DNA of 64,000 nucleotides from an uncultured Saccharospirillaceae bacterium. Lineage in GTDB: Bacteria; Pseudomonadota; Gammaproteobacteria; Pseudomonadales; Oceanobacteraceae. Position 1 is the first letter of the stretch; every line of letters starts with the position of its first letter. Below are positions 20,727-33,624 of this stretch, in pieces. The stretch covers positions 324,871 to 388,870 of the forward strand of contig CANNFT010000004.1 in the NCBI GenBank assembly GCA_947503895.1, in the 5' to 3' direction. The notes under the pieces were generated by a model, which was given only the letters and a program-made list of their open reading frames with translations, was not told where the DNA came from and did no database searches. The translations under genes and the position numbers were made by a program.

Positions 20727-21371
20727 ATGCGTCATTGGTTCATCAAACTTACATTTCCAGCTTTATTAGCAGCCTCTTCTGTAGCGACTGCCGACTACAA
20801 CACCTTGTTCTTTGACCTTGCGGGCGGCGACGAAATGGAGCATTACCGTTTAGGGGTTGGTGAAACGCCTAAGGGTGCGGATGGTGAGAAAGTCACCAGT
20901 ATGTTTTACCTTGGGTATTTCAAAAGCGAAGACACCATTTCTCAAGGCAGTTTACGCGTGGGTGAAGAAGAGGAAAAAACCGAAATTTTCACATTAGGCG
21001 CGGGCGGATTTGGTTATTTGGATGACCCAGATAAAAATGGGGGCGCTGAGTTTGATTTCGAACTATCTAAAACCACCGTTGACGCATTGGATTATGACCG
21101 TTCTGGCTTAGGTTTCAGAACGCAACTGTTTATTCCTGTGGTGGCGGGTTTGCAAACCAACCTTGGGTTTTCCATTCGCCCCTTTTTCTTCGCATTCGAC
21201 TGGGATGATCAGGCGCAGCTGGAGTATGAATACCAGGCCGGCCTAGAGTACGCCTTCAACTGGGATATCGCGCTTTACGGGCACTACCGCTATGTTGGCT
21301 TGATAGATGATCAAGACGATGAGTGGCAGTTGGCCGAAGGAGTTGTATTCGGTGTGCGTGGTCGTTTTTAA
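20727..21371 (+). CDS. Outer-membrane beta-barrel protein (YfaZ-like)
   Basis: Signal peptide, alternating aromatic/Gly strands, C-terminal Phe (FGVRGRF). Confidence 0.6.
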   Translation: MRHWFIKLTFPALLAASSVATADYNTLFFDLAGGDEMEHYRLGVGETPKGADGEKVTSMFYLGYFKSEDTISQGSLRVGEEEEKTEIFTLGAGGFGYLDDPDKNGGAEFDFELSKTTVDALDYDRSGLGFRTQLFIPVVAGLQTNLGFSIRPFFFAFDWDDQAQLEYEYQAGLEYAFNWDIALYGHYRYVGLIDDQDDEWQLAEGVVFGVRGRF

Positions 21372-21477
21372 CTGAATGGGTGTTTTCCGTTGCTGAGATG
21401 ACGATATCTCGCTGGCGGGTCACGCCTTGTATTGCAGGAGACTGACTTTAAGTTTCCTCCTTAAAAGTTTATTCATC

Positions 21478-21514
21478 AGGCAGGCCGTCTTACGACGCCC
21501 TGCCTTTATTTTTT
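21478..21514 (+). terminator. Intrinsic terminator
   Basis: AGGCAGG.CGTC / GACG.CCTGCCT stem followed by TTATTTTTT. Confidence 0.7.
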
Positions 21515-21542
21515 ATCCTATCCGTTTAATTGAGTAAATAAC

Positions 21543-22745
21543 GTGATTCAGCCGCCGAAAGACTTACCGTTAGATTCTATTCTTCCAGAAGAACCCTTGC
21601 TGTTGATGGGTGCAGGGCCGGTTCCGGTATCTAACCGTGTGGCAATGGCAAACTCGGTGGTGATTAACCACCTCGGTGAAACCATGGATAAAGTCATTGA
21701 GCGTGTTCGATTAATGTCTCAATACGTATTTCAAACCTCGAGTCCTCATGTACTCGGTGTAGCTGGGCCGGGTTCGGCCGCCATGGAAATGGCCATCACG
21801 AACTTGGTGTGGCCTGGACGTAAGGTTTTATCCATTAACAATGGTTTTTTCAGTGGTCGATTGGCTGAAATGTCGCGTCGAAGTGGCGGAGAGGTCGATG
21901 AGATATCCCTTGAAGTTGGTCAGTCAGCGGACCCTGATGCCATCGAAATCTTATTGAAGGAAAGGCAGTACGATGTATTGACCATTGTCCAAGGCGAGAC
22001 TTCTTGTACGGTTTGGAATCGTCCGTTGGCTGAAATCACAAAGCTCGCTCGGCGTTACGGCGTGTTCAGTGTGGTCGATGCCGTTTGCACACTCAGTACG
22101 ATGCCTTTAGAAATGGACGAGTGGCAGGTGGATGTCGTCATTACCGGTGGTCAAAAAGGGTTGGCTTCGATACCTGGTGTATCGCTCATAGCCTTCTCTG
22201 AGCACGTATGGCCAGAGATTATGGGGCGAACAGCGCCTATGCCTCATTGGTGTTTGGACGTTAAGCTGGCGCAACAATTTTGGGAAGAAAAAGGCTATCA
22301 CTACACCGCGCCCGTTAGCGGAATATTGGCGTTGCACGAAGCATTAAGACAGGTCTGCCAAGAGACACTGCCGCTTCGATTTGAGCGTCATGCCACCTGT
22401 TCAGTCGCATTGCAGCATGCTATTGAAGCGATGGGCATGTCGCTATTTGTTCAGCCCCATAGTCGATTAAATTCAGTCGTGGGCATCACGGTCCCAGATG
22501 GAGTGGACGCGAACCAAGTCCTTAAAACCATGTCCTCACTATATAAAGTAGAGATTTCTGGCTCATTTGGTCTTAATCTTGTACGAATTGGCCAAATGGG
22601 CGAACAAAGCCGCGCGCATAACTTGTTTAGAACCCTTCATGCACTGGGCATGAGCATGAAGTCTGCGGGCGCGCACATTGACTTACCAGCTGGCATGGCA
22701 GAACTGGAACGCATGCTGGACACCCGTGAAAGCCTAACGGCCTAA
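21543..22745 (+). CDS. Class V PLP aminotransferase (alanine-glyoxylate/serine-pyruvate type)
   Basis: LMGAGPVP, VDAVCTL, TGGQKGL (PLP Lys), YHYTAPV. Confidence 0.85.
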   Translation: MIQPPKDLPLDSILPEEPLLLMGAGPVPVSNRVAMANSVVINHLGETMDKVIERVRLMSQYVFQTSSPHVLGVAGPGSAAMEMAITNLVWPGRKVLSINNGFFSGRLAEMSRRSGGEVDEISLEVGQSADPDAIEILLKERQYDVLTIVQGETSCTVWNRPLAEITKLARRYGVFSVVDAVCTLSTMPLEMDEWQVDVVITGGQKGLASIPGVSLIAFSEHVWPEIMGRTAPMPHWCLDVKLAQQFWEEKGYHYTAPVSGILALHEALRQVCQETLPLRFERHATCSVALQHAIEAMGMSLFVQPHSRLNSVVGITVPDGVDANQVLKTMSSLYKVEISGSFGLNLVRIGQMGEQSRAHNLFRTLHALGMSMKSAGAHIDLPAGMAELERMLDTRESLTA

Positions 22746-23098
22746 CGATGGAGTTTGCGCTGGAATATCGCAATACTTGAATAGCTCTGAGTCATATCAA
22801 AGGGCATCAGGATTGCGATGGGCCGAAATTTGCCAAATATAAGTGCTTTTCTCATGATTTGGGCAGAAAATAGACTAAAACCTTGCTTGGTATCAAACTA
22901 GCGATAGCGGATTGAACCTAAAATCGCGGTAATAGATTGAATAATGTCGTAGATGCCGGCCAAGGCAGCCGTTCGTATCTTCTGATATGGATGTGCTCTA
23001 AATTGCGATTCTGCCTCAGATACATAAATTGAACGCCCTAGGTTGTACGCACATAGCAGCTACAAACATTCGCTGATCACTGTGCAGTAGGAGAAATT

Positions 23099-24112
23099 AT
23101 GTCGACAGACACCTCACAGACAGAAACATTAGTGGACAACTTTGGCCGCAGGGTGGATTACGTCCGATTGTCCGTGACTGATCGATGTGACTTCCGGTGT
23201 GTTTACTGTATGGCGGAAGAAATGACGTTTTTACCGCGTGAGAAAGTGTTAACACTCGAAGAAATGCATTTGATAGCGCAGGCTTTTACTGAGCTGGGCG
23301 TTTCTAAAATTCGGTTGACGGGCGGTGAACCGTTGATCCGTCGAGGTGTCGATCAACTGCTTGAAGGGTTGGGTCAATTACCGAATTTAAAGGAATTGGT
23401 CATGACCACCAATGGCTCTCAACTTAAGGCTAAAGCTGCTTTGCTCAAAGCCTGCGGCATGAAGCGCATTAATATTAGTCTGGATAGTTTGAAAGCCGAT
23501 CGATTTCGTGAAATCACACGCACAGGCGATTTGAATAAAGTCATTGAAGGCATTGATGAAGCACTGGCAGTTGGATTCAAAAATCTGAAATTGAACGCAG
23601 TGATTCTTAAGCATCGAAATGACGACGAAATTTTGGATCTTGTTCGTTTTGTTCGTGAACGAGAAATGGACATTAGTTTTATCGAAGAAATGCCGTTAGG
23701 CAATATTGACGAACATGATCGTGAAGCGGCGTTTATGTCCAGTGACGCCATACGGTCCATTATAGAATCGACTTACCCACTTCTCTCCTCCAGCGAAAAA
23801 ACCGCTGGCCCCAGCCGATATTGGCGCTTCCAAGATGGCCACCCTGGTCGCATTGGCTTTATTTCTCCGCACAGTCATAACTTTTGTGGTGACTGCAATC
23901 GTGTACGAGTGACCGCAGAAGGAAGATTATTACTGTGCTTAGGCAATGAGCATAGTGTGGATCTTCGAGCCGTCGTACGTGAGCATCCTGGAGAAATTGA
24001 GCCGGTGAAAGAAAAAATTCGACAAGCGATGAAGATAAAACCAGAACGCCACTACTTTAACTTGGCGGAAGAGGTTAAAATCCTGCGCTTTATGAATACG
24101 ACAGGCGGATAA
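23099..24112 (+). CDS. moaA: GTP 3',8-cyclase
   Basis: Radical-SAM CDFRCVYC, C-terminal FCGDCNR..C, terminal TTGG. Confidence 0.95.
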   Translation: MSTDTSQTETLVDNFGRRVDYVRLSVTDRCDFRCVYCMAEEMTFLPREKVLTLEEMHLIAQAFTELGVSKIRLTGGEPLIRRGVDQLLEGLGQLPNLKELVMTTNGSQLKAKAALLKACGMKRINISLDSLKADRFREITRTGDLNKVIEGIDEALAVGFKNLKLNAVILKHRNDDEILDLVRFVREREMDISFIEEMPLGNIDEHDREAAFMSSDAIRSIIESTYPLLSSSEKTAGPSRYWRFQDGHPGRIGFISPHSHNFCGDCNRVRVTAEGRLLLCLGNEHSVDLRAVVREHPGEIEPVKEKIRQAMKIKPERHYFNLAEEVKILRFMNTTGG

Positions 24113-24233
24113 AAATTAGCCATATCTAGTCTTTGGTGAGTTTCGACCTGTCACAGCATATTGAGTCTGCGCTGCTTGTGAGCAGATCGAGCACGGAACA
24201 AATAGAAATGACATTCAAGAAAGAACCCAACCT

Positions 24234-25733
24234 ATGACTTTGAGCAGTTTCTACAAAAACTTTTTGGGCAATAGTCCATCTTGGTACAAGTTATCCATCA
24301 TTGGATTCCTGTTAATCAATCCGTTGTTAGTCTTAATCCCTGAAGTGGGGTACACCATTGCGGGTTGGGCATTGATTATTGAATTTATCTTCACACTTGC
24401 CTTGGCGCTAAAGTGCTATCCTCTACAACCGGGTGGCTTACTTGTCATTGAAGCTGTGGCATTAGGTATGACCAGCCCCGAAGCCGTTAAAAATGAAATC
24501 ATGGCAAACTTTGAAGTGATTTTACTGTTGATGTTTATGGTTGCCGGTATCTTTTTTATGAAGAACCTGCTGCTGTTCATCTTTACGAAATTACTGATTC
24601 ACATCCGCTCTAAAATGGCTTTGTCATTGATGTTTTGCATCATGGCGGCGGTTCTATCTGCTTTCTTGGATGCATTAACCGTGACGGCTGTCGTTATTTC
24701 CGTCGGTGTCGGCTTTTTTGCGGTTTACCATAAGGTTGCATCCGGCGGGACGTATCACCATGACAATCATGACCATGGTAACGACAGCGCCATTCAGCAA
24801 CATTTAAGAGACGACTTAGAAAACTTTCGTTCATTCTTAAGAAGCTTACTCATGCATGCCGCAGTCGGTACAGCATTAGGTGGTGTCGCGACGCGGGTGG
24901 GTGAACCTCAAAACTTATTGATCGCTGAAAAAGCGGGTTGGAACTTCATCGAGTTTTTCCTTCAGGTTGCCCCTGTTTCGATACCGGTTTTCTTCGCTGG
25001 ATTGGCCACCTGTTTGTTTTTGGAAAAGGTTAAGTGGTTCGACTACGGCACTGAAATGCCAGAGCCTGTTTACACTATTCTAAAAGACTATGACTCGTAT
25101 CAATCAGAAAAACGGACCAATACGGACGTCGCTCAGTTGATTGTGCAGGGCGTTGCTGCATTATTTTTGATGGTCGCATTGGCGTTTCATTTGGCACCGG
25201 TGGGTTTAATTGGTTTAACCATTATTGTGGTACAAACCGCACTCAATGGTATAACGGAAGAGCATCAAATTGGTCATGCATTCGAAGAGGCATTGCCGTT
25301 CACGTCGCTGTTGGTTGTTTTCTTTGCGGTTGTAGCCGTGATCCATGACCAACACTTGTTCCAGCCAATTATTGACTGGGTTTTCGCACAAAGCATACAA
25401 GCTCAACCTTTGATTATGTTCTTCGCCAACGGTGCGTTGTCGGCTATTTCTGACAATGTTTTTGTCGCGACGGTTTATATTAATGAAGTCAAAGCGGCGT
25501 TAGATAACAATGATATTACTCGAGAGCACTTTGAATTATTGGCAATAGCGGTAAACACGGGTACGAATTTACCGAGTGTTGCAACGCCCAATGGGCAAGC
25601 GGCATTCCTATTCTTGCTTACGTCTGCTGTGGCACCGCTTGTAAGGTTATCCTACGGAAAGATGGTGTGGATGGCGTTACCTTACACGATTGTATTGACC
25701 GTCGTTGGCGCTATTTGTGTTGCTCAGTTGTAA
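24234..25733 (+). CDS. nhaB: Na+/H+ antiporter NhaB
   Basis: [57 protein letters not shown]. Confidence 0.95.
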   Translation: MTLSSFYKNFLGNSPSWYKLSIIGFLLINPLLVLIPEVGYTIAGWALIIEFIFTLALALKCYPLQPGGLLVIEAVALGMTSPEAVKNEIMANFEVILLLMFMVAGIFFMKNLLLFIFTKLLIHIRSKMALSLMFCIMAAVLSAFLDALTVTAVVISVGVGFFAVYHKVASGGTYHHDNHDHGNDSAIQQHLRDDLENFRSFLRSLLMHAAVGTALGGVATRVGEPQNLLIAEKAGWNFIEFFLQVAPVSIPVFFAGLATCLFLEKVKWFDYGTEMPEPVYTILKDYDSYQSEKRTNTDVAQLIVQGVAALFLMVALAFHLAPVGLIGLTIIVVQTALNGITEEHQIGHAFEEALPFTSLLVVFFAVVAVIHDQHLFQPIIDWVFAQSIQAQPLIMFFANGALSAISDNVFVATVYINEVKAALDNNDITREHFELLAIAVNTGTNLPSVATPNGQAAFLFLLTSAVAPLVRLSYGKMVWMALPYTIVLTVVGAICVAQL

Positions 25734-25775
25734 TCACTGGCTTGTAAAGTAAATTACATTCATTGTGGTTGAATT

Positions 25776-25810
25776 AAAGGGGTTGCTGAATCAGCAACCC
25801 CTTTCTGTTT
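25776..25810 (+). terminator. Intrinsic terminator of nhaB
   Basis: Perfect palindrome AAAGGGGTTGCTGA-A-TCAGCAACCCCTTT followed by CTGTTT. Confidence 0.75.
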
Positions 25811-25937
25811 GCTTAGACGGTTTCCCTTTGGTAAACCCCATCATTGAGTAACAGTATGCTTCATTTTGTATGATGCTGTTCTAATTGAATGAGATGAAAG
25901 CGGAAACGATCACAGATTTTAGGTAAGAGGTTAGACT

Positions 25938-26786
25938 ATGTTGAGCTATCGTCATGGGTTTCATGCTGGCAATCACGCAGATGTATTAAAGCACTGGGTG
26001 GTATGTTTGATTTCAGATTACATGGGCCAAAAAGATAAGCCCTACTGGTATATAGATACGCATGCTGCGTCAGGCGGTTACTCGCTGTCGTCCGCAGATG
26101 CACAAAAAACAGGTGAGTCTGACACTGGCATTAAAAAACTGTGGAAGCAGGACACCCCTGAGGTGCTGCATGGTTATCTTAGTCAAGTGAAGCGCTTTAA
26201 TACGTCAGGGGACTTGGAGGCCTATCCCGGCTCACCCTGGTTTGCGCATCAATATATGCGAGAGCAAGACAAAGCCCGATTTTTCGAGCTTCACCCGCAA
26301 GACTTTGCTTCACTGAAGCAGATTTTTGGGAAAGACAAAGCTATAAAAGTGGCCAAAGAAGATGGCTTGGCGGGGTTAAAAGCACTGCTGCCACCACCGA
26401 CAAAACGCGCTTTTACGGTGATTGATCCGCCGTACGAATTGCCGAAAGAATACGATGAGATTCCAAAGGTGATTGAAGCCAGTTATAAACGTTTTTCAAC
26501 CGGTGTTTATATGATTTGGTATCCGCTGATTAACCGCAATAGTAAGCAAAAATCCAGCGAACGAATGGTTGAGAAGCTAAAGCGACTGAAGGTAAGCAGT
26601 GCAATGGATATTCGACTGTGGGTGTCAGGTGACAACGAAGAGTCGGGTATGTACGGCAGTGGACTTTACGTGATTAATCCGCCCTGGACTTTAAAAGAAC
26701 AGCTTGAAAAAGGCCTGCCTTATTTAGTCAAGTGTTTAGGTCAACCTGCCGGTGCAGGTTATAAAGTGGAAGTGGTAGCAGGGTAG
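25938..26786 (+). CDS. rlmJ: 23S rRNA m6A2030 methyltransferase
   Basis: MLSYRHGFHAGNHADVLKH, YPGSP, VIDPPYE, GMYGSGLYVINPPW. Confidence 0.95.
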   Translation: MLSYRHGFHAGNHADVLKHWVVCLISDYMGQKDKPYWYIDTHAASGGYSLSSADAQKTGESDTGIKKLWKQDTPEVLHGYLSQVKRFNTSGDLEAYPGSPWFAHQYMREQDKARFFELHPQDFASLKQIFGKDKAIKVAKEDGLAGLKALLPPPTKRAFTVIDPPYELPKEYDEIPKVIEASYKRFSTGVYMIWYPLINRNSKQKSSERMVEKLKRLKVSSAMDIRLWVSGDNEESGMYGSGLYVINPPWTLKEQLEKGLPYLVKCLGQPAGAGYKVEVVAG

Positions 26787-26846
26787 TAGGTTAAAAATGA
26801 AGTCTTGGGCGTCACGCTAAGGTGATGAAACATCGTGATGATGAAT

Positions 26847-27344
26847 TTATTCATCATCACGGTTGCGCCACACACTGTATTTTTGATGCACGTGCCGCGA
26901 AATATTTTGTGAGTATTCTTCCACCATATCCACGCCAAATAAAATGATGACAATGATGACGGATAGCTTAATGGCTGAGGCATATTGCGTCACTGCGATA
27001 CACACGCCCACCGCAGCCAATGCCCAGATGGTGGCCGCCGACGTCACACCATACACGGCGCGACCTTTTGTCAGCATCACCCCCGCACCTAAAAAGCCAA
27101 TGCCGGTAATGACCTGTCCAATCACACGTGATGGGTCGGACATGGTGGCATCTTTGCTGACAAAAACTGAGCACGCAATGAACATATACGTTCCAAGAAT
27201 GATCAGTGCAGATGTACGGATTCCGGCAGGCTTTCCTCGTACTTGACGTTCCAAGCCGATGATGGTGCCGCATAAAATGGCACTCGCAATGGCTTCCCAT
27301 GTGAACGGTGTAATGTCTAATAATTGGACTGTATTTATAATCAC
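26847..27344 (-). CDS. MgtC/SapB family membrane protein
   Basis: IGLERQ..GKPAGIRT, DPSRVIGQVITGIGFLGAG, GVTSAATIW. Confidence 0.9.
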   Translation of the reverse strand: MIINTVQLLDITPFTWEAIASAILCGTIIGLERQVRGKPAGIRTSALIILGTYMFIACSVFVSKDATMSDPSRVIGQVITGIGFLGAGVMLTKGRAVYGVTSAATIWALAAVGVCIAVTQYASAIKLSVIIVIILFGVDMVEEYSQNISRHVHQKYSVWRNRDDE

Positions 27345-27557
27345 TGAATCGTGCCCCCTTTATAAACATAGTCAGCGTTCTACTATTTCGCAAAAGCATT
27401 CACTCGTTTGTACATGGCAACGAGCATAAATGAATCCGAAATGGATTGGCCTTACGAACTGGCTGTAGGATCAAGGACGAATTGGCACAATTGTCATGCC
27501 GTGGATTTAACGATCTTCAACAATAGAGATGTGTATTGGTGTATAAACCGAAAGCGC

Positions 27558-27962
27558 TTATTCGCTTAGCACCAAGGGTGATGAAACATGATGGTGAGCA
27601 ATTTTCCAAGACCCTTTGTCCTTAACGAAGCCAAAGGTGGCACGAACGGTATCGCTCACTTCTTTTCCATCTGGCAGTGTTCCACCGCAGTGAATCAGGC
27701 AATGCGCAAAACCGATATCAGCTTCGGCTTTTATAGAAAGCTCTGACAACTCAAACAGGCAAGGAATTTCAAATGGCGGTTGCCATCTATTAAAATTGTC
27801 TCGATAAGCAGCTGTCGTTTGGTATTTTAAGGGTGCCAAAACATCAAATATGACCGCATTTGATAAGTGATGCGCGAGAATGTGGTCTTTTTTATCAAAG
27901 CGGGTTGATTCAACCCACTGAGAGAGAACGGATTTTATTTCATTTTCGCTATTTTGGTTCAT
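27558..27962 (-). CDS. SnoaL/NTF2-like (YybH-type) protein
   Basis: FDVLAPL, RATFGF..WKIAHHHVSSP. Confidence 0.8.
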   Translation of the reverse strand: MNQNSENEIKSVLSQWVESTRFDKKDHILAHHLSNAVIFDVLAPLKYQTTAAYRDNFNRWQPPFEIPCLFELSELSIKAEADIGFAHCLIHCGGTLPDGKEVSDTVRATFGFVKDKGSWKIAHHHVSSPLVLSE

Positions 27963-28131
27963 GATTAAATACGCTCACAAAGGATACTGAGTGAGCGTAC
28001 AACGAGCTTGAAAAAATCCAATAGGGCATGCCTTTCCACTTTTCAATTAAACCATGGGCGACTTAGGGTGCTCAAAGTCCACATTCGGTTTTAAAAAGCG
28101 TCCGATCTTTACCGGTATATAGGCTCCATTA

Positions 28132-30558
28132 TTAGGGTGTTAGACTGCTTTCGACCGGCAAACCACTGGGGACAGAACTAGGAATCAAGTGCGACAAGTC
28201 TCGTGCAGCGGGGTCGGTTTGGGCTTCCATAAATGGCAATAGAATTCTTCTTTGACTGCCCAGTTCGCCATCGCCTAAGCGTTTGCCTTCTTCTTCCGTT
28301 AATCGGCCTGGATCATTTTCGGCACGCTCCAATTGGGTTTCAATAAAATCCAACGTTCTAAAAAAGCCGTACGGATTATTGTCATAAGATGGAACGGGAA
28401 ACGTTTTAAAGAGCGCTTTTTCTGAGTCACTGATGTGGTTTTCAAAGTCTGGTGTATGCACAAAATCACCCACAATTCGATCATAGCCGGTATATAGGTT
28501 TAACCAAAAACGCTCTGGAATGGCATAGATTTGTATATGGCTCCAAAGGTCACTGAATTGCCCTAAGTGTCCATAAGGTGCGGAAAGTTCGACATTAAAT
28601 AAAGGCGCCGTTCGAAATTTAGCGCGGTCAGTAGTATTGCCTGTTTGAAGCTCACGCCCCCAATCTTCAAACCCGGATTCGCCATTTCCTTTGCCGGGGC
28701 CAAACTGCACATTCGCGATGCTGTGGAAATCGAAATCAGACATTACCGCGCCTTTATGGCAATTAATGCAACCCGTATCAAAGAAGAAATGCGCGCCACG
28801 AGTCGTTTGTTCGTCGAATCTTTCTGGATTATCTAAGTGGCCATCCGCTGCGACATCGGTAATAAACTGCTGCCAAGGGTTATCTCTTAAATTAAAGGCT
28901 GCAATCTCAAAGCCCGCGATGGCATTGGCTGCATGTGCGAAGGTCATGTCTTTAAAATCTGTATTGGGGTAGGCCGCTTCAAAGAGATCAATGTATTCAG
29001 GAATATTCCCCAAACGTGTCATTAATGCCGCCCAAATTCCAGCAAAATCGTCTTCTGCGAATTTAGCAAGCTCGTTATTCTCTTGAGCTTCTCCTCGCAT
29101 TTCGAGCGTGTCCGTCACTGGAAATAAAGCTTGTGCGGCTACTAACCCATAGCCTTGAAACCCATCTCGTTCAGGTTGTGCAAAAAACACGTCAGACATT
29201 TCTTGAGATAAATCGCCAGTAGCATCGGCGGGTGTACTGAGCTTTCCTTCAGGGGTCAATTGAATTCGACCATCCCAAAATAGATTTTTGAATAAGTCTA
29301 AATTAAATAACGGCGGTGCGTGACGGGCAATGACTTGGCCACCGCTTCGGCTTTGACCTAGGCCTTCGCCACCTGCACCTAATGATAGCGCCCGAGCGTC
29401 TCCGGAAGCGAGCAATGGATGATGGCACGTTAGGCATGAAGTATCTTGGTTACCACTGAGTATTTTATCAAAGGCCAATGCTTGACCAAGGTTATACATA
29501 GCATTGGAAACTTTTGGTGCTTCAGGCAGAGCTTTAAGTTGATTATCTAAGATGAACTGCACTAATTCGGCCTGAATGGTACTCAAGGGCTCGTTAAGGG
29601 AGTCTGTTTTACCGGTTCCTATCTCGGGTAATATAAGTTCTGCACGATTGACAATATTTTGTCTGACGGATGTGGCTTGTAAGGCACTGTTAATTCGTGA
29701 GCCAAATTTTAAAAAATAGGCCGCGCTGTCGCCGAGTTTCGCTCTTACTTCTTGTGAAAATAAACCGTTGTCTTCCGCAAATTGCAGCGAGAGGTCATTG
29801 GTTAATATTTTAATGATATCGTCTAGAGTATTGGATGAAACATCAAGCGCGGCCATTGAGGAAAACAGCGCAATCGCAAAAGCGTAATCGGCTTCATTGG
29901 ATTCGGTTGTCTCAATGCTCTTTAATAAATCCAGTGGCATCACGGACGTAATATTGACATCGTCATTGAGACCAAATGCGATGGCCACCTGTTGATTGTA
30001 GTGAGGGCCTGTAATAGCGGATGCTAAACCAGATTCATGCTTTAACGCTAAAGACGCCGCGACTTCAGTGAGCGGAGAAACGATAAAATGGAGCTGACTT
30101 CCGGCCTCACCATGAATATTCACTACGGAACGCATTAAGGGCGTCTGCTCTACTGTTAGTTGTTCCAATGCTTCATCAACATAATATCCCCCCACACATT
30201 CAATTAATGCTAAACCCTGATAGCTGACTGAGTCGTCATAATGAATGATGCCGTTTTCATCGGTTTCGCCCGTGTTGAGCAGCAGGCCTTTTTCTCCATT
30301 GGCGGATTGAAATAATGCACATTGTGCATCCATGACTGGACCTTTAATAAAGCTAATGGAGATAGCATAGGCGGCGGACGGGTTTTCAGTACCGCTCGGT
30401 TCATCGGTATCTACTATGGTGCTAACTTCATCGTTGGAATCTACGCTATTTGAATGCTTTTCACTTGAGTCATTGCCCCCGCATGCGGTTAGAAATATTG
30501 CAAGGGCGAGCGCTGCGTATCTCGCCAGATACAGGGCGCTGATTTTTTTATACGTCAT
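28132..30558 (-). CDS. Di-heme cytochrome c peroxidase-superfamily lipoprotein (MauG/BthA-type) with a ~300-aa N-terminal extension
   Basis: Lipobox FLTAC, CLTCH and CINCH, LFWDGR, FRTAPLFNV, APYGH; start at 30558 or 30582. Confidence 0.85.
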   Translation of the reverse strand: MTYKKISALYLARYAALALAIFLTACGGNDSSEKHSNSVDSNDEVSTIVDTDEPSGTENPSAAYAISISFIKGPVMDAQCALFQSANGEKGLLLNTGETDENGIIHYDDSVSYQGLALIECVGGYYVDEALEQLTVEQTPLMRSVVNIHGEAGSQLHFIVSPLTEVAASLALKHESGLASAITGPHYNQQVAIAFGLNDDVNITSVMPLDLLKSIETTESNEADYAFAIALFSSMAALDVSSNTLDDIIKILTNDLSLQFAEDNGLFSQEVRAKLGDSAAYFLKFGSRINSALQATSVRQNIVNRAELILPEIGTGKTDSLNEPLSTIQAELVQFILDNQLKALPEAPKVSNAMYNLGQALAFDKILSGNQDTSCLTCHHPLLASGDARALSLGAGGEGLGQSRSGGQVIARHAPPLFNLDLFKNLFWDGRIQLTPEGKLSTPADATGDLSQEMSDVFFAQPERDGFQGYGLVAAQALFPVTDTLEMRGEAQENNELAKFAEDDFAGIWAALMTRLGNIPEYIDLFEAAYPNTDFKDMTFAHAANAIAGFEIAAFNLRDNPWQQFITDVAADGHLDNPERFDEQTTRGAHFFFDTGCINCHKGAVMSDFDFHSIANVQFGPGKGNGESGFEDWGRELQTGNTTDRAKFRTAPLFNVELSAPYGHLGQFSDLWSHIQIYAIPERFWLNLYTGYDRIVGDFVHTPDFENHISDSEKALFKTFPVPSYDNNPYGFFRTLDFIETQLERAENDPGRLTEEEGKRLGDGELGSQRRILLPFMEAQTDPAARDLSHLIPSSVPSGLPVESSLTP

Positions 30559-31076
30559 ATTAGGCGATTCCAATATATACAAGCTAAATAGAAGTTAAAC
30601 ACGGGAATGATAGCGCGCTATCTTACCTTGGTATGATCCATTGCCAATTTTTTTAATGGTATATTTAGAACGAAGTCTCAGTCCGATATATTTTAATGCG
30701 CATATTTAATGGCGTTATCTTTATTGAGCCAATCCCGCTATTTTCATCGCATGTATATCATGATGTTTATTGTATTTTAACGTTATATAGAAGTAGGTTT
30801 TATTGATTTAGTTTTCATGTTTTTTACACATTATGCGGCGGTTACATTGCAAAACTTAACACTTCTTTCTGCGTGGCAGGTGACTTTAATTGGCGAAATT
30901 AAAATGTTGCGATGTTCTAATTATTCTTCAAGCGAAAATCAAAGAAAATCAGCGTCAATGAATCGGCAGTGGTTGTGCCGTTATCGTTTTATAATGTTCG
31001 GCTAAGCGGTCTTCAATTGAATCATCCTCTCGGCACGACCCAATTTATGTTGTCTTCATTTGTCGTAAATGCTTCG

Positions 31077-31148
31077 ATGAGAAAAGACTATGACTCCGTT
31101 AGTTAAAATATATTAGCCATCGCACATGAAACACACTAAAACTATAAC
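31077..31148 (+). promoter_or_regulatory. OxyR-like site and sigma70 promoter of katG
   Basis: ATGA-N7-CTAT-N7-TTAG-N7-ATAT (31077-31113) against consensus ATAG-N7-CTAT-N7-ATAG-N7-CTAT; weak -35 TCGCAC, 17-bp spacer, -10 TATAAC at 31143. Confidence 0.6.
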
Positions 31149-31163
31149 GGTGTAACGTATTGA

Positions 31164-33365
<2,202 letters not shown>

Positions 33366-33378
33366 ATAGCTCTATAAT

Positions 33379-33412
33379 GGCGCTGCAACTGAGTTGTGGC
33401 GCCTTTCTTTTT
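33379..33412 (+). terminator. Intrinsic terminator of katG
   Basis: GGCGCTGCAAC-TGA-GTTGTGGCGCC followed by TTTCTTTTT. Confidence 0.8.
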
Positions 33413-33624
33413 GGTTGACTGTCAAATTGAATGTGCAGACCTAGGGTCTGCGCAATTCCTTCAAGAAGTACCCATGACTACCACTCATCGATGACATGAA
33501 GGCTGGACAGTTCAGGTAGTTATTGAGCGTCATTGTGAAATGAACCATGCTATGTGAGTAAGCCAATTTGGTCTCCCCTGAACTACACTTAAGCAAGCGT
33601 TAAACTGGGATCAGTGAGCGAAGC

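Noticed and set aside
22746-23098. Moco riboswitch or ModE box upstream of moaA
   Set aside because: I could not find the conserved elements of either by eye; a covariance search would be needed to exclude them
26944-27399. ORFs 26944-27246 (+) and 26968-27399 (-)
   Set aside because: They overlap the well-supported MgtC-family gene in other frames
28132-30582. Methylamine utilisation (mau) gene
   Set aside because: No mauA/B/D/E or amicyanin genes in the window; only family resemblance to MauG is supported
30817-31005. 62-aa ORF upstream of katG
   Set aside because: Lies in an AT-rich divergent promoter region, with no RBS or motif
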